DNA of 64,000 nucleotides from Octopus vulgaris (taxonomy: Eukaryota). Positions 15,056 to 32,769 of this stretch are shown piece by piece. A program made the translations under genes and the position numbers. Positions within the stretch are counted from its first letter, which is position 1; every line of letters starts with the position of its first letter. The notes below the pieces were generated by a model. The model ran no database searches, was not told the DNA's origin, and saw only the letters and a list, made by a program, of their open reading frames with translations. Where the stretch lies: NCBI GenBank assembly GCA_951406725.2, contig OX597819.1:64232001-64296000 (forward strand), read 5' to 3'.

Positions 15056-15829
15056 TGTATGAGTGTGTGATGAGCAGAAATTTGATTTTTTGACCGTTGG
15101 ATTTCCTTAATGGATTGTACATTAACTATGTGAAGCAGCATCCTTTGAAATGATCGTAGAGTTGGGCTTGAATGCACTCTATTCTGGTTTCCTTATACAT
15201 TATTTTTTTTAATATTTATACTCTTCTATTTCTATATGTTTATATTTATATTATTTTAGCTCGATTGACTTAAATTTTTAGTCGCCTTTATTATGCATGA
15301 ATTTATTCCATATAGTTCTCTTCATTCGACTTAACTCGTATAACCTTTTTAGGTCTTATCACCTTTTTTTCGTGTATATATGTATATTTTATACTATTGG
15401 GTTTATATATTTACTACCTGAAGTACCCCGTTGTTCCAAGTAAAACGGGGCTTATCTCCTGGTTCCGTTCTCATAATTTTTTCGCTAATCCAATAACAAT
15501 ACAAATTATGTAGCCCTTCATTTGTGCATTAACGGAGAATACATAACTGTCTCACAAAATATCTCGTTTCCCAATAAGTTGCGAATATCCCAATTGTGAT
15601 GTCAGTTATGTAATAACATGAAATTAGTTATCGGATAGTAAGACAAACGAAGTAGCTTCAAATAAAGGGCTTTAATGCGTTCCCAGAGTATATATAACAT
15701 AGGAGGAAATACTAATAAGGTATGTATACTAAAATCGGATAGCATGTTACGTAATAATAAGCTTATTAGATATGAGAAAATAACAATTCAAAGTACATAA
15801 ATCTGAAGAGGGCCTGTGTGCGTTCCCAG

Positions 15830-16045
15830 ATCTAGCGATCTGTTGTTTATGCAAATACTATTTACGTGTTTAAGGGTTGTATATATAAGGATCCCTTCCA
15901 GGGGTCCGGTTATCGATTTATTTCAGTAATCTGAGTATGCCATGATGTTTCCAGACATGAATCGTTCTCACGTGTCAAATTTCATCAAAATCGATACAAC
16001 ACCACAAACACACCCACAACCAGAATTTCCTACATACGTAGTAGA
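15830..16045 (-). mobile_element. Non-autonomous Helitron-like repeat fragment
   Basis: Minus strand starts A|TCTACTAC.., contains atcgattttgatgaaatttg and ends near CTAG. Confidence 0.35.
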
Positions 16046-17199
16046 TATTCGATTTTTGATAATTTGAGAAAGATACAAAGTTATTTCGAACGATTGGAAT
16101 GTTTAGCCATTATACTTTTCATTTTAATTCTCCTTTAACTTCGGTGCCACCTGAGCACTTCCAGCTCCAGTCCTATTTTAATTTTTGCTCTTCAGTTTAG
16201 CGAAATTGCCTTTCGGTTTAAGGAAGTTGTAAGATTATCCTCTTATATTATATATGTATAGGGATTATTTACAAGAAAAAGAAAACCCCAAAAAGTAAAA
16301 GACGATTCTCAGCTTTGACTCCAGTACTAGCCAGTCTCCAGCGTGTGTTTTTATAGATTATTTCAGTATTGTTATAAGCTATTCGATCAGTAGGAAGGTT
16401 GTTTCACTCACTATTGTAAAACTGTGATTTTCATTTCCGGGGTGACTGGGGTCCAGTGTACACGAGCAAAACATTTCTTTTCCCATTGCTCCAGTTCACT
16501 CAAATGTAAATAAATTCCAGAAATAACTCAGAATTAGTCCATGGTACAGACCGACGATCCGTTCATGAAATATTATTGTCATCTCAGTCCCATATACAAC
16601 TTAGAACACGGATTAATCACTAGCCTTATAAGCTCCAGGGCTCATGACAATTTAAAAGTCTATCAAACATATAACCACATTATTTGCTAGAGTTTGAGAA
16701 TGCATTCTACATCCCCAAACTTCAGGTAGTCTTCTTTCGGTTTTCTCCTAATATTTGCCCTTTATCTTTTCAGCTCACAACTCCTTGCCGTTTCAAGATG
16801 CCCTCTAAAGTTAGCCCTTTGCCCAACGTTAGAGAAAAAATTGTCTTTATTTAATCGTTGTTTTGTTCATATTCAATTAGTTTTTCATTTTTACTCTAAT
16901 GCATATTTTTGTATTCCTATTGTAGTTATATAATAATATCTACTCGTTTTTTCTCGTTGTATAAGGGCGCTATTATCCATGATAAATATAATCCCACTAT
17001 GTGGTATTTTCTCTGTTGTATTGTAAATGCTGTTGTTACGTGACTTATTTATCTATTTGTTCTTGCTAATTCATGACATATTATTGGACGAGGTCGAGTA
17101 ATGATACTTAATAGCTTTACTTTATGTGTTTAGTTCGAGTATTAATATACTGCGTCCCTATCATCTTTTTCTTTATGATCTCTTTCATGTGCATGAAAT

Positions 17200-17420
17200 G
17201 CAGAATTGTTAACCTTCCTGCATTATATACAGGAATGCGCACATTTCCCCGAAAATTCTAGCATTTATTATATCTACAGAGATTTGCTCTTCCCTTTGAG
17301 AAGTGCCTCCAATGGCTTTCTACAACGGTTTGGTTTAACAAACGGCCTTCTATTTAATCTATAAACAATTCTATTGTAATCTCCTCTAATGCATAACGTT
17401 GCTTGCTTTCAGCTACGTTT
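17200..17420 (-). pseudogene. Possible Merlin/IS1595-type transposase scrap
   Basis: LFID*IEGRLLNQTVVESHWRHFSK resembles FVDPxTGxHTQxIESxWxxxK. The match is short and single. Confidence 0.25.
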
Positions 17421-19000
17421 TGGATGTCAACAGTTTTGTTTTGGAATGACATATACATTCACATGTAAATTTTTGATAGAAATACAAAACAACAGAAACA
17501 CAAATATCAAAATCCTGTCAATAATATCAGAAATATAATTAATCTGAGAGGATCCAGTTAATAAGATATTACACTTTGAAGCAAAGCAGAATTACTTCGT
17601 AGCGTGTTTCAACGAAATTTATGTGAAAGTAACCCCGTCAAATCCCATGAAGAGAGAAATACTTGTACTTCTGAAATACTTGTACTTTAATTTATTTTTG
17701 CTTTGTTTCAGTAAACAGAAGTTAATTCACCTGTTAGATCGTGGATAAGTTCTCTCTTAAAGAAACTTTGAGCAAATTTAGGAAATTTTAAAGACAGAGG
17801 ATCCATTTTAAAGACATTGTCTTGTTTGAAATAAGGTGCAAAAAAAAAAAAAATTCACCTCCTTTGACTGGATATCGCTAAATAGAGGATTATATCTAAA
17901 TACACGACGAAGAGATAATTCTATAAAATCACATTTAAATTGTATTATATGCAACTTTTATAGCTGTTTAATTTTTAAGCATAAATGTTGTTATATACCT
18001 CTTAAAACTCTCCCTTAGTGTGAATACTTTACAAATATATAATTTAGTAACTATCTTCAGAAAGCGCGATAGCTCGGTTTACTGAGAACGTTTTCTTTTT
18101 TAAATATATGGAGTTTCTTTTGTTTTCTTTTTATATATTTTAATGTAGCAATTGAAATTCAATAGCGTCAAGAGGAGTCGTTTTGATTATTACATGTTAC
18201 GAGATAGCTTAACACCTTGCAAGTTAGGAAATTAAGGTTTTTTCTCAAAAAGTAAGGTTTTTTTCTTGCAAGTTTCGAAATTAAGGTTTTTCCCCAAATG
18301 TGTTGATGATTTTGATGTGCCATCGAGTATGAATTTTTGTTATACACGTTATGAGAGAATTCAAGTTTTATTAAGTTGTTTTCAACACTACGTTTTTTTT
18401 AAAATGATAGAAAATGTTTTCATTATATAATTAGTGATATAGAGTTTTACGCGCGCGCTGCGTCGACATAATCCTTCTGAAGAAAGATTATTTAATTTTA
18501 TTATGCATAACAAAGCATCAAGTAGGTCTTTGTTTACGATAAAGAACATATTGTTTTCACATATAATAGTAAACGTAGAAGATATTGAGCCATATTATAT
18601 GTAGAAGCCGAGCAGTAACATGCATTTATGTGCAAAGAAAACCACGGGCAGCATATATTCGAATATTTAATTAGTATTTTATAATCTGGGATTTTAGACA
18701 TTAAAGGTAATGATGTATTGTCGGTATATGAATAAAATTATTATGCTGTAGGTCTATGTGTGTGTGTTCTGGAACGTCAGTATGTCTAGCTATGGCAGCC
18801 ATTAATGCAAACAAGATTGTACACTTGCTATTATATAGGGCAGCCAAGAAATATTAGGAAATTAATTTCGGAAAATATCTCTTATAATTAAGACACACCC
18901 TTGATAGCGTTTCAAACGTAACCAGTTATTGTGTTCTCTATATATTGCAGAATATCTTTTGCAGTAAGAACTATTTGTTGCGCGTAATGAGCAAACGTAA

Positions 19001-19162
19001 GCTCTAAGATATAGCTGAAATAAATAATTTCGATTGCAGATTTTATATTACAGATAGATCTTTCTTGGACTGATTTGAATACCTGGCCCTTTCCATGCTT
19101 CGACAAGACCATATTTTCAATATGTTTCTATTTTATTTCATTGTCTATACCAAATCAAAAAT
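19001..19162 (+). repeat. 162-bp direct duplication, copy 1
   Basis: Apparently identical to 20158-20319. Confidence 0.9.
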
Positions 19163-19739
19163 CTAGAAAAATATGTTTTACATATAAATACACTATCAAA
19201 CAATTTTGCAAAAGAGGATAAAAACTATGAGACACGTAATTTGTATTGGTATTTAAGTTAATTTCCAGAGACCATTATCTTTCCAGAATTTGCATGCATT
19301 CTCTCGGCATTTCTTCAAGGGCTTTCAACTATTACCCTTCAAGCTGTGAATACTGCTGTCGCATTCTTCCTAGATATATAACTCCTAATTATCTGGAAGT
19401 CTGTTATGTATAATCTCGAAATCAAAGCAATTTAACCAATAAGCTAGTGTTGTTCTGTATATAATATTTTGGCTTTCAGCTTGATTCTATGATGGAATAT
19501 AGATTTCAGATGGTTTAATTTATGAAATCCACGTTCTGACAATCGCACCCTTTCATACTGTATATCAACTCGAACGTACCACATGAAATTGACCACATAC
19601 TAAACATAACTGAGTGTTTTATCATATTACTTGTTCTTGAATCTAATATGTTTTATATATATATATAATCCGTTGAATATACAGCATAACTTCAAATTTG
19701 AATATCTAGCAGAATTATTAGAGCATGGGACAAAATTAT

Positions 19740-19900
19740 TAGCAGCATTACTTCTGGTCTTTCGTATCTGAGTTCAAATACCAGTAATATCAACTTTGCC
19801 TTTCATCCTTTCGCGTCCGAGAAATGTCGCTTGCAAATAATCAATGCAACTGATGTCGACAAAAAATTCCTCCTATTAAAATTTCTGGCTTTTTACCAAC
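19740..19900 (+). mobile_element. Degenerate SINE family A
   Basis: tctgagttcaaatacc..caactttgcctttcatcctttcg. Confidence 0.55.
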
Positions 19901-20157
19901 GCTTGAAACAAATATTATCGTTTTGTTTTTTTATGAATATATATTTTTTCTTGGTATGAATATTTTAGAATGACAGTTAAACTTTTCCCTGCTTCACAAT
20001 CACATATTCACAATATGCCAGAGTAAAAGCCGTTTCAACGAGGAAAGATTTTTCAGGTGTTCACATCTCTATACTTATGTTCGGTTGTGCTGATATTCTT
20101 TCAAGCGCGGGGCTTGATTTGAACGAATTTCCATGATATGTGACAGTTCTGACATTT

Positions 20158-20319
20158 GCTCTAAGATATAGCTGAAATAAATAATTTCGATTGCAGATTT
20201 TATATTACAGATAGATCTTTCTTGGACTGATTTGAATACCTGGCCCTTTCCATGCTTCGACAAGACCATATTTTCAATATGTTTCTATTTTATTTCATTG
20301 TCTATACCAAATCAAAAAT
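20158..20319 (+). repeat. 162-bp direct duplication, copy 2
   Basis: Apparently identical to 19001-19162. Confidence 0.9.
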
Positions 20320-22199
20320 TGCAACTGGCTATCCGATATGGTTTTTCAGAGAGATATATATTTATCAAGGCAAAAAAAAACTAAAATATAAAAATATAAA
20401 TAAACTGATATCAATGAGCGCAAAGACAATGGGCAGAAAAGACAGAATATATTCTACAAAACAAAGTAAAATTCTCAGCTTGATAGATAACGCCTTTGAC
20501 AACAGCTATAACGTATTCGGTCATATTACGTCACACATACAAAGAAATATTGAAAAAACACTAACGTTGGCAAACTTTCTTAAAAACAAAATAAATATCA
20601 GAAATGTAAAACATTAGGCTGAAAGTATTAATGCATGGGACATTTCTTCGAAGTAGGCGTCGACTTAAATCAATCCATCATACCTGAAGTAGACTATCAT
20701 TTACCTTAAACACACTATTGCTATAATAAAATCGGCCTTTCAAACAACTCTGACAACCTTTCTGGATTCTTATAGCTTATGACTTCATGTTGAAGGTAAT
20801 TTCCTTGTCATGCACAAGGAAAGAATAATATATATGCTTTCGTTGAAAATACTGGATTACTTCATACATATATATATTTTTACATACAGAATTCTCTTTC
20901 ATTTGACAGTCACGATGAGGATTCGCTTGTTCGATTAACTAAATTTCTTGCTCTTAAACTTACGTGCAAATATACTTAAGCATTACACAAAAACTTATAC
21001 CTTGCATATTTTGCAATATTTCTGAATTGCAGGTGAGATCCATCTAAGTATTTTCTTTACAGTTTTCATGAATTCAAATTCTCTTACACTGTAATAATTT
21101 AACTAGGGGATGTACAAAAATTATTTTGGCCCCAAATACTATGCATCGGATTCCACATATGGTCCTGATTTCTTAAAAACTCGGTAATTTTGCTCGTATT
21201 AATTATCATACTCAGTATGATAGGTTTTACATCATATTCATTAAAAGCAAAGAAATTGTGCTTACATTTCTACGCTAGGTGTTAATTTATCTGGTAATAT
21301 ATCCATAGGCGTTATATTAACCTAACAACTTCACATTAATTGCCTATAGCTTACAGCTTTTATTAATACTTCGAGATTTTGAACGATTTCATTGCCTGTT
21401 ATTTCTCCTATTCTACTCTCTACGTCTATCTATCTTATACCGTTGACATGTAATCTTTCACAATAATTGATTACATTTTACTTCATTTCATATGTTTTGA
21501 CAGATTGCCAAAAGTGTTTCTTCCGTGTGTATGTCTGCCGGGTTGGTATTCCTTTGACATGAAATAAATATTTCATTAAAATAATATATAGAGACTTCCA
21601 CCTACTTTATAAAATGTCATATTTTCTGTTAACTGTTTGATCTTATAAAATGTCTCAATGGAGTGGAAATTATCCTTGTCGATCTCTATATTTTATATGA
21701 CACTATTATCATTAAAAAAAATATTTATAGTGATTTTCAAAACAGTGGTTTGTAGATCAAAGAAAATACCTTACATTTTCTATAAGTCCTGAGTTCAAAT
21801 CCTCCCAATTTTGTGGTTATTTTTTTGAATGGTCGATGAAGTAAGTACTAATCAATTATTAAATTACATATAATCCATAATTTACTCCCCTCAAATTTCT
21901 GCCTTAATATCAATAAAAAATTACCATCAGATTACGCTTGGGCTGGAAATTACTTTCGCCTGGTCTTTGCTTTTTGTACTGATCCTTTTGCTATTGTAGT
22001 ATATCTCCATACTAATCTGAATACCCTGGATATATTGTTGCATTGTAAGAACGTAAGGTAGATCGTTTGACATATATTCATGCAGAAATAAATAAAATCG
22101 ACTGATAAGTTAAAATGCATGCGTTAAATTGACATACTGTAGACCTATATGATAGATCTGCTATCTCCCTTGGTATTTTTCGGAATAACTTATCATCTA

Positions 22200-22785
22200 A
22201 CTATTTTCTCTTCTCTAAAAAGTTATAGATAGCTATGATCCCAATTAGCCATTTCTAAAACCAGTACTGCGATGCAACTGGTTTTATAATTAATTCCCAC
22301 TTCTTTCTTTATTCCATCTTTCTTCTGCAATGTTGCTGTTTAATATTCTACACAATCAAAACATCTCTATAATATATTTGTGTATACTAGTGACATTGAT
22401 TTTTAAGCCAGAAGATTAAATACCATTGCATTACTGCTTTAGAACTTTCAGAATTTGGTATCGTTTTAAAGCTCATTGTAAAATTTTCTGTTTCCTAAAG
22501 TTTGTATTCTATTTTATTGCAATATTTTCCATTTGACTTCTAGATTTACGTCATTAATTCTGCATCATTGCACTGTTCAACGTTCTTAACCCAAAATTCT
22601 TATTGCACGTTTATCGTTGTCCCAAAATTTGGTATATTATCTTCTATATGTTCAACCTCAATCGGTAAACATTTTTGGCATTGTTTCCTGTCGAATCTGT
22701 TCTGTTGATATTGATTTCTTCCATGTTGAAATACCGTAATTTTTGGCATTGTTTCTCTTGTTTTTTTAGTTACCAATAAGTTTCG
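22200..22785 (-). pseudogene. Decayed R4/Dong-like pre-RT region
   Basis: Remnants EFWVKN and FKTIPNSESSKAVMQWYLIFWLK, resembling LxKxPNWKAPGxDxIxxFWLK. Confidence 0.4.
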
Positions 22786-22822
22786 ATGTCGGAGATTAAC
22801 TTATCCCTCAGCCGTTATTAAT

Positions 22823-22825
<3 letters not shown>

Positions 22826-22877
<52 letters not shown>

Positions 22878-22898
22878 AACTACTATTACTACTACTAA

Positions 22899-22949
<51 letters not shown>

Positions 22950-23250
22950 CACAGCTGCTACTGCTGCTACTGCTATTACTACTACTACTACCACAGCTGC
23001 TACTGCTGCTACTGCTATTACTACTACTACTACTACTACTACTACTAATACTAATACTACCACTACTGCTGCTGCTACTGTTGCTGCTACTGCTGCTGCA
23101 ACTACTGCTACTGCTGCTGCAACTACTGCTACTGCTGCTGCTACTACTACTACTACTATTGCTACTGCAGCAACTACTACTACTACTACTACTACTGCTG
23201 CTATACTACTACTATTACTACTACTACAACCACTACTACTACCACAGCTG

Positions 23251-23289
<39 letters not shown>

Positions 23290-23408
23290 ATACAACCAAT
23301 ACTGCTGATGCTGCAACTACTGCTACTGCTGCTACTACTACTATTGCTACTGCTGCTGCAACTTCTACTACTACTACTACTACGACGACAACTACTACTA
23401 CTACTTTT
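22826..23408. repeat. Compound (ACT)n/(GCT)n trinucleotide array
   Basis: Directly visible; it produces the poly-V/S/A pseudo-ORFs. Confidence 0.95.
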
Positions 23409-23716
23409 ATTAGTATGATTAATATTAGCACGCGACGACATCGTTACGCAATTAATGCTCAGACCTAGGGATTTCTATTGTTGTATTTCGCCATTTATCG
23501 TATTTCAGAGTAATATTACGCAAGGAGTTGATAGTTTTCCTTATTCTTATGTTTCCTGAGAAGAAATCATCTCAAAATTACTGTATTTGCTAGACGATAT
23601 TCAGCATGATATGTCGATCCGAAATCACCCTTGAAAAAGGAAAATAAATAAAACAAAAATAAAATAAATCGTTTGCGCACAAATTATAAATAAGAAATAT
23701 ACAATGTCAACTCATA

Positions 23717-24268
23717 GGCGCAGGAGTGGCTGTATGGTAAGTAGCTTGCTTACGAACCACATGTTCCGGGTTCCGTCCCACTGTGTGACACTTTGAGCAA
23801 GTGTCTTCTACTATAGCCTCGGGCCGACCAAAGCCTTGTGAGTGGATTTGGTAGACGGAAACTGAAAGAAGCCCATCGTATATATGTATATATATATATG
23901 TTGGCCTGCTCGCTTAGCCAGCGGGGTGGCGTCATTCGAAGGCTAAAAGAATGCGAACGCATTGTGACCAGCGATATGTAACAACATCTGATGGTCTGGT
24001 CGGTCACGTGATCACGTGAGATATATATATATATGTGTGTGTGTGTGGCGTGTTTGTTTCTGTGTATGTCTCCCCAGTATCGCCTGACAACCGACGCTGG
24101 TGTGTTTAGGTCCCTGTAACTTAGCGTTTCGGCAAAAGTAACCAATAGAGTAAGTACTTGGGTTACAAAGAAAAAGTCCTGGCGTCGATTTGCTCGACTA
24201 AAGGCGGTGCTCTAGCATGGCCGGAGTCCAATGACTGAAATAAGTAAAAGGATAAAAGAATAAAAGAG
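23717..24268 (+). mobile_element. Full-length SINE family B with an extra ~120-bp internal module
   Basis: Same head, core and tail as 34501-34996; 23900-24022 is additional sequence inside the central microsatellite. Confidence 0.85.
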
Positions 24269-24339
24269 TCATACACGTTATTCCTGAAACATTTCATATC
24301 TTTATTTCTCTACGAATATCAATAAAACTCCTCAATCAC

Positions 24340-25550
24340 ATTTGCAAATGCCGAGTTTGACATTAGAATACTTTACAAAGCATGTTTCTGATGGAGACGA
24401 ATATTTGGATGCAGATTATAAAGGAAACTTCTGCTTCGTTGCTCAAATATTCGCTCCAAAACCTGTGAACCTATCAACTTGTATATATACCGCACAATAG
24501 CTGGAGGAAACGGCTTGTATACCATCTACGAAGGAACCGTGCTAGAGTGTTTTTTAGTGTATGGGACTGTTTTCTCTATTCAATTATTCAAAATGAATCA
24601 CTGTATGCTTCCTATTTGGAAATAATATCAATGCCATATTCATGGCAACATGAACATGGGCGTTGACATTGATATTAACCCATGGCACATTGTTGGCTAG
24701 CAATGAGATCCGATTTGAGGAGAGACAAGCAACCAGTAAGGTTAACTGTAGAATATAAACTTTATGGAAACGCTCTCATTTCACAAAACTCGAAGAACGT
24801 CTGAAATTTGTTGCCAGTTATAGTGGAATATAATCAGTCAAATTTTGCATGTCAGGCAGGAAACTTAATTTTAATATTGTGACAGAAAGGGGTACTTCGG
24901 TGCTTTCTGTTCTGAAACGCGAACGAAAGACAACAACAGTACGATATATGTTCTAAACGCACCATCCACCTGTCCCACTGATTATGGAGGAAATTGAATA
25001 GGACTTGGTCTTAGAAACTGTCCAGGGATACGACTTACCATTTCAACAAGCCATTAGTCGCGCTGATAGTGAAAAAATATGATCAACCATATGCATCCAC
25101 ATATCAGTAAGAGTAAAAATTCACAATTAAGACTAGAGCGTATTTGTGAGAAAAGGATGATGACTGCGGCAGAATGCTTCTCCAACCGTAGAGGCAACGC
25201 AAAGGGCAAAAGGAAAAGGTCAATGAATGGTTAATTCCAAGAGTAAATAACAATGAATGGATAATAAGAAGTGCACTTTCCAGAACAAACAAGGATAGAC
25301 CTCCTCAGTTAGAAATTATGAATATGTCGAACAAATATCTGCAATATAGCGACGATGAGGTTAACACCTAAAGGCATATCGTCCGTTGCGCCTACGAAAA
25401 ATAAAAACGGAAAAGAAAAATTATATTTAACTAAAGTTTCTCCTGATCGATGTATCATAAACAACTGACACGGAAATAGATATAAGCGAAAAGGAAGCAA
25501 AGTATCTAAATATAAAGATCTAGAAATAGCTAACCGGTTGGAACGAAGAA
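24340..25550 (+). pseudogene. Old, highly decayed R4/Dong-like element (RT thumb to RLE)
   Basis: Remnants NLYIYRTIAGGNGL (~RLYxxRxxGGRGL), KAYRP (~ANRPD), FLLIDVS and SKYKDLEI, with many stops and frameshifts. Confidence 0.55.
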
Positions 25551-25736
25551 AACAGTCCGTATAATAAACATCTCAATGAAAAATCTGATCCTGTTTAAAT
25601 AATTATATATATATCAGACTTCCATTCTATTATTCAGGAAAAAAATATTTGTCATTGCCGTGACCTCAACGTCGAAATAAAAACAAAAACGTGTAGGTTT
25701 ATAACGGTATCAAATGTTGACACTGAACCAGCAATT

Positions 25737-25940
25737 TCTGGACACGGAGTAAGTCAATTAAATCGACCCCAGTTGAACGCTTATTTTACTTACTTATTAA
25801 TGAACTTGCTTATCTTATCGATCCCAAAGCATTAAAGGCAAAAAGAACCTTGGCAGAATTTGAAACCTGGACGTAAATACGGTCGGAATACAGCTAAGCA
25901 TTTTGCCCGGCGTGCTAACAATTCTACCGATCCACCGCGT
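25737..25940 (-). mobile_element. Degenerate SINE family A
   Basis: Reverse complement of the family A head and core (gctaagcattttgcccggcgtgctaac). Confidence 0.65.
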
Positions 25941-26086
25941 TAGAGTAGGTATATATTGGAGCACATACAAAGAGGGCTGAATTTTAATAATAGGTTATGA
26001 CATTTAGACGGTTAATGACAAAGTTAAAAGTACACATGACTTCTGAATACAAAACCCTTACAGATATATTCTAAATTAGAATGCAG

Positions 26087-26472
<386 letters not shown>

Positions 26473-26539
26473 TGCACTATTCTTTTTTTGATTTTTATTG
26501 GTGCAATCGATTTTGTTGCTTGTGAAATTATTATTACTA

Positions 26540-26910
26540 ATATTGAGTGAGATAGCAGCGCGTGCCATCACAGTGACGCTGGAGTACAAAAGCATAAAAC
26601 CCATTATACCCATGATGATTACTCATCTGTTAAGAATACACAGGGTACATGTATCATAATTATGTGCCCGTAATTTGTTGATCTCATTTCGGAGCACGAA
26701 GTTGCATAAGGTTCTCAGTCACGATTTTCTTCACGTCGAGTAACCTATCCAGCTCAAAATATCCATGAATAAAGCTTGTTTAAGGGTAGTGAGCGAAAAA
26801 CTCATGTTTCCAGAGGTGAATTATTAAAACTCCAAAGAATTCCTGTCAAGGCATGGCTATGATATTCTTCCACAACTCTTACTCTTCATCAGAGACGCAC
26901 TTATCGTCAG
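26540..26910. repeat. Interspersed repeat of unknown class (related fragment at ~32430-32545)
   Basis: Shared gattactc(a/g)tct(g/a)ttaag..tgatctcatttc block. Confidence 0.45.
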
Positions 26911-26930
26911 CCACTAAGGACTTGTTGTTG

Positions 26931-27010
<80 letters not shown>

Positions 27011-27049
27011 GTTGTTGTTGTTGTCGTTGTTGTTGTTGTTATTGTTGTT

Positions 27050-27466
27050 GTTTATGCACAGCTTCTAACGCTGGAGATGTACTACAGTGTCAGCTGTTCA
27101 CTACCAGTGAACTAAGGTAACAACTCTTATTTTTCGAGCATCTTCCCGTATAGCAGCCCCTATTTGTTCCACGTACTTCTCGAGACGAGATTTTTGTTCA
27201 TTGTGCCCAGGGTTTCGACAATTATTGGTACTACTACTACTACCTTTTTCAGCGAACACAACTGCTTAACTTCCCAAGCTAACCTCTCATATCTCTCGAG
27301 TTTTTTTCTTCCTTATTGCATAACTTGCTGTCAGCTGGGCATGCTATATCTATGATACAACATAGTTTGTTTTCTTTCTTAGTTAAGCATCTGTCTGGCT
27401 TCCTATTCCCTATCTCATAGTTGCACTGAATCATAAAATCCCATATTATTATCATCATTATCATTA
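27050..27466 (-). mobile_element. 5'-truncated R4/Dong 3' fragment, second subfamily
   Basis: Degenerate translation IWDFMIQCNYEIGNRKPD..CIIDIACPADS..KLERYERLAWEVKQL..VVVVPII matches the RLE domain. It is followed by a (TAA/CAA)n tail at ~26932-27050. Confidence 0.75.
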
Positions 27467-27477
27467 TTAATATTATT

Positions 27478-27568
27478 ATTATATGTTTGACTTTTGCTTT
27501 ATATTTGTACAAGTTGGCTCCAAGTCTCACACAGAGACTTCAAGAGACAATAGGCTGTAAGTTCACTT
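27478..27568 (-). mobile_element. Probable R4/Dong 3'-UTR stub of another subfamily
   Basis: A ~90-bp unique segment between two (TAA)n tracts, in the same orientation as the neighbouring elements and ending directly in TAA repeats. Confidence 0.45.
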
Positions 27569-27588
27569 TTATTATTATTATTATTATT

Positions 27589-31806
<4,218 letters not shown>

Positions 31807-32412
31807 GAAGACGTCGCACAGTATCCACTATCGTAATACTGTCACTTGAAGATATTGTGTCTACCGGGATATTTTTACTGTTTGCCAAGTGACAACAAAG
31901 ACCTCAGACAGACAGTACTTTACGCCATATGCCTGCAGATTCAAGTACAGTCGATTTTTGCCATACATCTAGATTGTAGGGTATTTCTAAAGTTTCCGTA
32001 TGTTTCTTCAGGTTGGGTGATATTGAACTCAATGTTCTAATGAGAAGTGGGACATAAGATCTCTTTGATTATCGTAGCTGCCACCTTCTCAATTTATCTT
32101 TATCTCTCACGAGAACATGTTGATCTCCTGGACCTACGGCGTCGATTATTATGCTCTAAAGGTTACTATATCCGTCTTTCATAGCTTTAACAGCATGTCT
32201 GTCCGGAAGTCAAAGTCACAGAAGGTCTTTGTCTTCTCCTTTTCGTCCATTACATTTTCCGGTGTATGTTAGTGCCAAGCACCCGCTACCTTGCATCCAT
32301 ACTTCCGGCATAGTAACCAGTGAGGTTTTGGGGCTAACTTGTCGTTTCTGCGTTTGTACTCTTTCTGCGCAAGATTTTCGCAAGTACTAGCAATGTTAGC
32401 CACACTTTTTCA
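31807..32412 (-). mobile_element. 5'-truncated R4/Dong 3' fragment, older subfamily
   Basis: Degenerate translation LAQKEYKRRNDK..HWLLCRKYG..HTPENVM..DFDFRTD..IDAVGPGD..SISPNLKKH..LEIPYNL. The 3' end runs into the long (TAA)n at 31578-31806. Confidence 0.75.
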
Positions 32413-32601
32413 AAACTCCTTATGCCCATAATGATTACTCGTCTATTAAGGGTGCACGAAGAATCTGCATCATATATATGTGTGCATGACATGCTGATCT
32501 CATTTCAAAATAAACAGATCAATGTCTTGCCAGTAGGTCTCAGGATGTTTGTTGTTGTTGTCATTATCATTATTATTATTAGTAGTAATAGTACGATGGT
32601 A

Positions 32602-32686
<85 letters not shown>

Positions 32687-32769
32687 ACGTTACGACGCAG
32701 TTATTAGTAATGGTGTGCTTACAAAACTGAAATTACAATTGTTGTTAACCAAAATTTGCAAATAAGTAT

